A stretch of DNA of 64,000 bases from the NCBI GenBank assembly GCA_000004985.1, contig GG738866.1, one strand, 5' to 3'. Positions 56,454 through 64,000 of this stretch are shown here, in pieces (position 1 is the first letter of the stretch; each line of letters opens with the position of its first letter). The translations under genes were made by a program, and so were the position numbers. Source of the DNA: Naegleria gruberi (lineage: Eukaryota). The notes under the pieces were generated by a model. It saw only the letters and a program-made list of their open reading frames with translations, was not told the DNA's origin and did not search any database.

Positions 56454-56526
56454 TGGAGATGCGGGGTATCGATCCCCGTACCTCTTCCATGCTAAAGAAG
56501 CGCTCTACCATGTGAGCTACATCCCC
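56454..56526 (-). tRNA. tRNA-Ala (AGC), second identical copy.
   Basis: The 73 nt are identical to 35374..35446. About 20 nt of 3' trailer (ctcaatactttttatt) and about 45 nt of 5' leader are also conserved. Confidence 0.85.
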
Positions 56527-56853
56527 TTCACATTCACTTTGAAAATTTTCCTATCAAGAATAACTATCAATCTCCTATCATACTTACACTTGTTATTAAT
56601 TGTTAATAACAATATTAAAAACGAAAGAGAATGGATATCGTTGTGAAATAGAATCCTCTGCTGCTATGAACATATCGCAGTTCTATTACCCAAAAAAATT
56701 CATCACACTGTTGCGTGGTTTTCATCATCTCCTAAAAACCACACACAAACAACATCATCTTTTTCGACCGAATATTAGAGATTTCTATATTGAAGGTGGA
56801 GGATATATTTAAACTATTAAATAGTAGTAGTAAATTTCGAACGATAAGAAGAA

Positions 56854-59808
56854 ATGGGTATTTGCGGAAGTAAAGAGCCTCATCACAAGAAGAGTATCAA
56901 CGATATCTATGCTGATGCTAATGAGCGCCATGAAACCTCTAAGAATTTAATTTCGAGCTTGACTCTTCGTGCTGTTACCTATCCTGATCAATTGCCAAGT
57001 ATTGGAGCAACTCTTGAAGCTAGGATTAAACAAGATTATCAAAAGGGAAATGAATTGTAAGTTGTTTTAATAATAACAACAACAATAACCTGGCATCAAT
57101 ATTGTTATTATATAATAATATATTTATTTACTTTATTAATAATATTGACTGTCATCAATTGATAATATTATAAATTTATAATAATAACAATAATACGATA
57201 TCAACAAATTGGATTACTTTAGTAACGTTGCCGTTGGATGTGATATATTTTACGAATTGATTAACACCCGATCAGATCTGAGTTATTTCGTAGTGAATGT
57301 TGATAATATTATTACCTTGTTAATTGATGGGAAAAACGCAAAATTAAAGAAGAGAGCTGTCAATTTGCTCACAAGTGCTGTAGATAATGCTTCGGGAGCT
57401 TCTATTAGAACATTTAACAAGTACGAATTGAAACTTATTGACTTGGTAAAGTGTGAGGATTTAGAGTAAGTGTCATATCATCAACTGATTGAAAATTTAA
57501 CAATTATCATAGTCTTAAAGTAATTAGTATTAATGCAATCACTAAAATGATTCCTAAACTTGAATCTCTGGGAGTTGCACCAGTTATACCTGTATTATTA
57601 TTAACAATTAATGGTTATTTGGAAAAATCTACACAAGTATATGATGACACTATGATATTTAGAATTCCTAATGTTGATTTTTCTAAACTCACTGCTGAAA
57701 GTGCTACAAAAGTTTCTATTGAATGTTTGGGTGCTATTGCTAGACAAGCCAACGACAGCACCATTCGTCACGTATTGAAACCTATTTGGGATTTCCTTGA
57801 TGATCAAAATAGATGGGTCTCTAAACCAGAATTAGTGAGATCTATTATGAGAATTATTGTTCAATCATCAAATGAATGGTCCAGTAAGGGATATGTCATT
57901 GTTTCTGCAAATATGCAACATTTTGAAGAAATTCTTGATAGAGCTCAAAAGGCAGGAATGATTCGTGCCAATATTTTCATCATCTCTATACAATCAAAGA
58001 AGGGTGCAACAAGTGGTGCTCGTGCTTTTGAAGCAGTTGCCCAATTGATTAACACTCTCAAGAGCAACTTTGTATCTAGTACTCCAAAAATTTCACCAAC
58101 TCAATATGAAGAAATTCTCAAAACTGACGCCTTGACTTCTTCTGTTTTGGAATGTCTCAACATTATTGCTCAACGTGGTAAATTTACTCAACAAAACGTT
58201 TCATTAATGGATTCTATTCAACAATTAATTCGTCAGCAAGAGGGTAAAATTACAGTATCTGACTTTACTCGTAACGTTCAAGGATTGATTGAATCGGAAC
58301 AATTGTCACCAAATATTATTCAACATTTATTACTTGTTGATTGCTTGTTAAATGTTGCCAAGATTGGTGCTTACATTTTGAGTCAAAATACCAGTAACTC
58401 TTCCAACACTAATCAATCCAACACTGGAAATGTTCCAGCTGGATCCTCAGGTAACAATAATGCTCAATCAAACAATAACGAATTTTTCTTCCCATCCCAT
58501 TTAGTGAATGCTCTTTTGGAATCGAGTGTCAAACCAAATTCCTCTGTCTATGTTAGAGTCAAGTATTTGAATGTATTCCTTGCCATGCTTTCAACCAAAG
58601 AACCTTACCTCCCAGAACAATCTCCAAATATTGGTACATCAGATAAAAAACCAGCCATGTCTCCAGCAATCATTGAAGATATTGATGCCAGCAATAGTGC
58701 TGCAATCAAAACTCGTATTACCATTTCCAAAAGTCAAAGAGCCAAGATATATGTCTACATTTACAAGGGATTGTTTTTAAATGATAATCTTCCAGAAAAT
58801 TTTGCAGCCATCGCCAGAATTTTGAGAAATATGTTAAAGCACTATAGAAATAAGGAAATTGAAAATGCCTTGCCAATGCTCTTCAAACTTCAAGAAGCTG
58901 CTGTACAAACAGCCTCCTCTACCACATCAACTGGTTCATCCAACACTGCTTCAGCTGCCAATGATGAGGAACCAACACCATTAGAAACTGTTGAAAAGCA
59001 ACAAACTATGCACGTCAGACACAAGCTCATGATCCATACTCTCATTGTTACATATTTACTCTGCTTGGCTGAATTGTATAATTCTAAGGAATTGGAACAA
59101 TATATCAAATCTATTATGGATACTAGAATTCAACAAGGATTACTCACCAAGACAGTTCTTAGCACTTTTGAAAAGAGACACAATAGTGGAAATTCTATCG
59201 AAGCAATGAAGGCACAAGCTTCAGAGGAAGAAAAATTGAAGGAATATACTCAATCATTTGCTTCACTGATAGCTATCAGTGATAAGGCAGCTGCTTCTAT
59301 TGACAAGATTGAACTCGTTTCACAAGACAAGGTTTGTGAATTGTTGTGCAAGATTGAAACTTTGAAGGAAACCTATGGTGATGTTGCAGGTGTCACTAAG
59401 GTTGTAAAGAAGGCATTTACTGGAGATTCTATTACCAAGACAACCACTGTAGTAGTAACTGATGAAGAAAATACCAAACCAATTGATGATCCATGGTATG
59501 GACATGCTACTGATGAAAAGTCAGCTCAAGTTGTTCAAGTAATTGAAGGTTTGGATATTGACCAATTGGCAAACAAAACAAAGAATGTTTCAAGAGATTC
59601 TTTACAAATTAATCAAGTGCAACTTGATCTTTCAACCTCTCTTGCTGGAAGTCTTTCTAAGAGAAGAGAAGAAAAGAGCAAGATTTTAGATTCGATATTG
59701 GATGCTGTTCCTTCCGATTTATACGATAGTGACGATGAGGAATTGGAAGAAATTGAACAACAACCAAGGCTCTTCCTTTTCGATTCGGCACAATTTATCA
59801 ATGTTTAA
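56854..59808 (+). CDS. EFR3: EFR3 homolog (a PI4KIIIalpha plasma-membrane scaffold). Exons: 56854..57056, 57223..57465, 57513..59808.
   Basis: ATG at 56854 gives MGICGSK. Exon 1's LTLRAVTYPDQLPSIGATLEARIKQD aligns with human EFR3 LTFYAVSAPEKLDRIGSYLAERLSRD. GTAAGT donors lie at 57057 and 57466. Acceptors at 57222 (166-nt intron) and 57512 (47-nt intron; 57527 is an alternative) keep the frame, giving 913 codons. The body is long, helical and armadillo-like, with a poly-N/S insert. Confidence 0.6.
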
Positions 59809-59829
59809 ATTAAAGGTTTATTTACATTT

Positions 59830-62244
59830 TTATTTCTTATATTGAGTTGTTCTCTTCTTGTAAGGTACAGTAGATGTCTTTTTCTTCTTTTCTAATAAGA
59901 CATCATTTGGTGTTGTTACAATAATTGGAGCATGTCTGCCTTCTTCATTAATCCTGACACTCTTGAATTCACTCATCACAACATTTTCATTGTTGTTGAC
60001 CTTCTTCATTGTGTAATCGAATAAACTATTTTGAGTAATTCTCTTAAAATTCCATGTAATTAAATAAGGACCAGTTGATGTAACAATCCACAATTCACCA
60101 TCAATACCACTATTGAATTTAGCAGGCTTGAAAGATACTGAACCACCAACTTGTTTGATATCTTCTGGTAAAAGTTGAATCTTTCTTGGAATTGGTTTGT
60201 TCTTACCCATTCTTTCAGTGAATCCAGTAGTATCACTATTAGGCATTGAAGTGTTGATAACCATCAAATAAGTCTTGCATGTAGCAACAACCCATTCACC
60301 ATTATAAGTCACATCAATACCAATGATTTCATCACCCAAACCTGGAAGCAAGGTCTTGGCTGATTTTGGATGGGTTCCCTTCTTTCCAGTCTTGTCAAGG
60401 TTTGGAATACCACTGAACATTCTAATTTCACCCTTTTCACTACCGACAACAAGTCTTCCATCAGAAGTAGTTGCAAAGCAAGAGAATTGTGGTTTAGAAT
60501 TTGAGGTGATGGCAGAAATATTACCAACAACCTTATCAGAACCGTGAATACGAGGATCAAGTGCAAAAACAGCATTATCATTGAGTGCACCAAACACCTG
60601 AGTTGGTAATTGGTCGCCAAACTTTTCGGTTGGCTTAATTTCAGTAATTGGAACATAATCTTGGAAGGTATTCCATGTTTCAACAACTTCACCTCTTGTA
60701 ATATCCATTCTATATACCTTACCACAATGATCTTCATTATCTTGATCCTTGTGAAGGAACAACAAGTCACGATCTTGATTATGAAGCATGGCCTTGTATG
60801 GAACAAAGAGTTCACCTTTTGTGGTGCTAACATTCTTGATTTGAGTATCGAAAACTGGGTGATCAGTATCATCATCTCTCTTGAATACGCCAATATCACT
60901 GCCTCTAATGACAAATGTTCTTTCTCTTTGAGAACTGTCCAACATGAATGAGTTGGTATATTTTGGTAAACCAGGTTGTTTTCCACCAGATGGAACAACC
61001 TCCTCTTCGTCTTCACTTTCTTCTTCTTCTTCAGAATCAGAAATAAAATCTACATAATCTTCATCTTCATAATCCAAATCTTGCAAATATTTTGAGCTGT
61101 TTCCAATAGATTGATCAATTGCAGATGTTTTAACAAGCATTTCTTGATCTTCAATGGCAAGTTTGAAGAAATCATTACAAGTGTTAAATTCATAAATCGA
61201 TCTACTCAAATTAGTCTTGAATTCTGACTCTTCATCCAAATTTTTGAAAATCAAACTCCATGAAGAGAATGGATTTGTAAAGTTCCAAGTAATTGAGTGG
61301 AATTGATTGTAGAATTGAGCATTCATTTCACTGTTAATATCTTGAATGATCAGTCTTTCGTCTCCAATACTAATATCCATAACATAGTCAAAGTTTGAAT
61401 CACCTTCTTCATCTAACACTTCATAAATTGTAGCAGTAACATTTTCTCTCTTCAATTCATAAATGTGAGTCTTTTCATCTAACAAGTATAAATCACATTT
61501 GGCAGAACAAATTTCTTCCAATTTACCACCAATAGATTTTTCATATGATTTCTTTCTTGTTTGCTCATCACCAATTTGCAAAGATGGATACAATGATTGT
61601 GAAGGTTGAGTTGTTGGTTGTGTTGCAACAGGTGGTTTGACAGATGATGTTTCTTTAACAGGGAGTGTAGCAACAGTTTTTGGACTTGGTTTAGATTCAA
61701 CAACTGTTGGCTTATTGACAACAGGACTCGATGCAGTTTTAAACATCACAAGAGTATCCACATCAAATGGCAATTCTGTATCCATCAACAAATCGTCATA
61801 GCTATCCTTTTCCTCATCAAAATCTCTATCTTCTCTATTTTCAAAGATGCATTCATAAGCCAATCTAGAAAGACATTTTGACAATTCGTAATTCTTCTCA
61901 GAGAATTTGAAAACCCAAATAGTATTACCATTCACCCAACAATAGGCAATCACAACAGGTTGATCAACAACTTGACCAAATTCCATTGCTTCCTCCAACA
62001 AGAAACTAATCTTTTCCTTATCAAATTCCTTGTTTTTAATCACCAATTCAATGTCTCTTCCCTTGCTTTCTGATTTATCAATAATTAATTGTGCCTTCAT
62101 AATGGCAGTCTTCGGATTTTTAGATTTGGTTACATATTCGATCAAGGTTCCATCCACAGCAATCTTTTCGTTATAAGAAGATGATGATGATGATTTACCA
62201 CCAGCACTTCCTCCACCTATTAAATTGCTGATGTAGGAAAACAT
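59830..62244 (-). CDS. VID27-family protein (N-terminal PH-like, acidic linker, C-terminal beta-propeller-like).
   Basis: ATG at 62244. There is an acidic EEEEESEDEEE linker. The C-terminal half has the Vid27-type pattern RTFVIRGSDIGVFKRDDD ... DRDLLFLHKDQDNEDHCGKVYRMDITRGEVVETW ... FATTSDGRLVVGSEKGEIRMFSGI ... GEWVVATCKTYLMVINT. This is recalled from the family profile, not computed. Confidence 0.5.
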   Translation of the reverse strand: MFSYISNLIGGGSAGGKSSSSSSYNEKIAVDGTLIEYVTKSKNPKTAIMKAQLIIDKSESKGRDIELVIKNKEFDKEKISFLLEEAMEFGQVVDQPVVIAYCWVNGNTIWVFKFSEKNYELSKCLSRLAYECIFENREDRDFDEEKDSYDDLLMDTELPFDVDTLVMFKTASSPVVNKPTVVESKPSPKTVATLPVKETSSVKPPVATQPTTQPSQSLYPSLQIGDEQTRKKSYEKSIGGKLEEICSAKCDLYLLDEKTHIYELKRENVTATIYEVLDEEGDSNFDYVMDISIGDERLIIQDINSEMNAQFYNQFHSITWNFTNPFSSWSLIFKNLDEESEFKTNLSRSIYEFNTCNDFFKLAIEDQEMLVKTSAIDQSIGNSSKYLQDLDYEDEDYVDFISDSEEEEESEDEEEVVPSGGKQPGLPKYTNSFMLDSSQRERTFVIRGSDIGVFKRDDDTDHPVFDTQIKNVSTTKGELFVPYKAMLHNQDRDLLFLHKDQDNEDHCGKVYRMDITRGEVVETWNTFQDYVPITEIKPTEKFGDQLPTQVFGALNDNAVFALDPRIHGSDKVVGNISAITSNSKPQFSCFATTSDGRLVVGSEKGEIRMFSGIPNLDKTGKKGTHPKSAKTLLPGLGDEIIGIDVTYNGEWVVATCKTYLMVINTSMPNSDTTGFTERMGKNKPIPRKIQLLPEDIKQVGGSVSFKPAKFNSGIDGELWIVTSTGPYLITWNFKRITQNSLFDYTMKKVNNNENVVMSEFKSVRINEEGRHAPIIVTTPNDVLLEKKKKTSTVPYKKRTTQYKK

Positions 62245-63397
62245 TTTTTTCTTGTTGGAAATTCTAAAAATATTCAGAAATTGATCTATAAAAGCAAAAA
62301 TGAAAAATTCTTGAGGGCGGAATTCTTAGATGCTATTGAATATTGTTTGAACGCAAATAAATTTGTGGATAGAGTATTGAGATGATATTAATATTTCAAC
62401 ATCAAGGTTGTTCAATCTTCTCAATGAATTGTTTGATGGATAGGAAAGTTGTATGGAAAGATTGGAGTTTGGAATGTTAATATCATTGCTGCAATGAATT
62501 GTTTTTTCAATTACAACTTAAAGAACTCATTTTCTTACTCAATAGTTAAAAATCTTGGCTTTGTATATCCAAACAATCCAAAGAGTTGAAGAAATTAACA
62601 TTTGTTCAAACTTCACAATCAATTGTAACTATAATGATTTCATTCCTCAACAGAGAACAATCTAAAAAGGTCTTCTAAGGTTGATTCATTGAACGATTGA
62701 GAGTTTTGAAAAATTGTGGAAGGAGCTCCAATTATTCAAAGACCATTCTTCAATTACTTGGTAATCCTATTTTCGATCAATAAAATACTCACAACAAATT
62801 AAACGCAGATGGTTTTGTATGAAATATTTTTCTCATTTAATACTTTGAATTGGCAGTATTCGGCCTTCATTACTGCACATTTTCTTAATAGAGTTGTGAA
62901 CAAGTAAAAACGCAAACACGAAGTTGTAGTTGGAGGCGGGAAAAAAATTACCAACGGTAAGTGACGAGAAAAAGAAATTCAACCGTTGGTTACAAACAAG
63001 GTTAACTTTTTTAGAAGTGGCGAGCAGTGTTTGGATAGATTGCTTCGTCTACGAGAACGTAATTTTGATGAGCACTCATCTCGTCAAGGTCTCATCACAA
63101 CAATACGTTTCACTTTCTGTTGCCACAAGACAATATTCATTGAAAACAAGAAGAGCTAAATCTACTGGCTTTTTCAACGTTATCTTTCATGATTTATATT
63201 TAGTTTATTTACTTTTGATTCTTGTTCCTTTCTATTGGAGTTTTGAGTAGTGATAGATAACTTGCCCTCTCAAATCAAGGTCGAAAATCAAAAAGTTGAG
63301 CACTCGAGAGGAAATATCACTCACTATTTTCCCTCCTAAAAAACAATTGGCCTCTTGTCATCACAAAGTTACTAAGCAAGTTTTCAAAAAAAAACGC

Positions 63398-64000
63398 ATG
63401 CCTTCGCCCCACAATAACGGTGAGGCTGTTATTGGAGCCAACAATACATCAGCAACATCGGCAACTTCATCTGCTCCAAATGACCAATATCATAATTCAT
63501 CATCCAATAATCAACAAACCAATACAATTTTACCACAACAAGAAGTAACCACAACGACCACCACCTCACTCACCACAAAACAAGCTTTAAAATCAAGCGT
63601 GTTAATGACTACTACCACTGCTGTTGTGTTAAACGGAACAAATAATGTTACTCCAACAATTAACACCCACACTTCTGTCTCCTCTACTTCATCCACAAGT
63701 ATTAATCCTGCTTCCGCTTCCTCTGCCATGAAACATCATCAACAACAACAACTTAGTAATTCATCAAATAATGCTCGACCACGTACACATAGTAATCCCC
63801 ATGCTTTTAGCTATAGGACCTCCCATCACCAACAACACTATGGTACAAATTCCCGTGATAACTTTTTCTCAAACCTTTTATCTTCTATATCGACAGACTC
63901 AAATGGTTCTAGTCGAAAGAAGGAATTTAAACAATCTATAACATTACTTCGTAATTTTATTGTTAGAAGTAGAAATGCCATTTTCCTGGTTCTACTTTTA
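63398..64000 (+). CDS. 3'-truncated Ser/Thr/Asn/Gln-rich protein, function unknown.
   Basis: ATG at 63398 (MPSPHNNGEAVIGANNTSATS...). The frame is open to the end of the window. It is not in the ORF track because no stop is reached. Low-complexity composition. Confidence 0.35.
   Translation, partial: MPSPHNNGEAVIGANNTSATSATSSAPNDQYHNSSSNNQQTNTILPQQEVTTTTTTSLTTKQALKSSVLMTTTTAVVLNGTNNVTPTINTHTSVSSTSSTSINPASASSAMKHHQQQQLSNSSNNARPRTHSNPHAFSYRTSHHQQHYGTNSRDNFFSNLLSSISTDSNGSSRKKEFKQSITLLRNFIVRSRNAIFLVLLL

Noticed and set aside
62930-63250. ORF 62930..63250, with a tempting 44-nt GTAAGT...CAAG intron after 9 codons.
   Set aside because: The ORF call starts at TTG (there is no ATG). The spliced and unspliced products match nothing I recognise. 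Treated as intergenic.
1-64000. Prokaryotic-style systems: operons, CRISPR arrays, restriction-modification or defence islands, and IS elements.
   Set aside because: The sequence is eukaryotic nuclear DNA. The evidence for that is:
- spliceosomal GTAAGT introns
- tRNA with Pol III T-run
- a poly-Asn/Gln proteome
- EGF, kinase, PH, DH and RCC1 domains.
No direct-repeat/spacer arrays or RBS-coupled gene strings are present.

Overview
This window is eukaryotic nuclear DNA, AT-rich (roughly 70% AT) and gene-dense, with dictyostelid/amoebozoan-like character. The evidence for that is:
- standard stop codons
- GTAAGT...AG introns, mostly only 42-47 nt long
- Asn/Gln/Ser/Thr-rich low-complexity coding tracts
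- tenascin-type EGF repeats
- a V-ATPase G subunit whose intron position fits this reading.
I can support about 30 protein-coding genes on both strands and two identical tRNA-Ala(AGC) genes. There is no prokaryotic architecture here: no operons, CRISPR arrays or IS elements.

Recognisable housekeeping genes include:
- NOG2/GNL2, a circularly permuted GTPase
- an ABCB half-transporter
- a Ykt6 R-SNARE ending in CCLLM
- V-ATPase subunit G
- a Vps10/sortilin receptor
- a CBS-pair protein
- an RCC1-repeat protein
- an EFR3 homolog
- a VID27-like protein
- a LETM1-like protein
- a Golgi Qb-SNARE
- BTB, PH, DH(RhoGEF) and IQ domain proteins
- a divergent Hsp70 lacking the C-terminal lid.

The most unusual content is:
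- an approximately 8 kb single-exon gene for a giant type-I membrane protein whose cytoplasmic tail is a degenerate protein-kinase (pseudokinase) domain
- an inverted pair of paralogous genes for hairpin-anchored (TM, Cys-rich loop, TM) giant coiled-coil proteins. The minus-strand copy is about 8.8 kb, is built from near-identical ~1.1 kb tandem DNA repeats, and is broken into four ORFs by three frameshifts.
- a tail-anchored acidic protein carrying nine DPF motifs
- several convergent gene pairs whose stop codons lie only 7-60 bp apart.

The ORF track uses alternative start codons (GTG/TTG), so I re-derived starts to real ATGs where I list them. All splice-site calls are from sequence inspection only.
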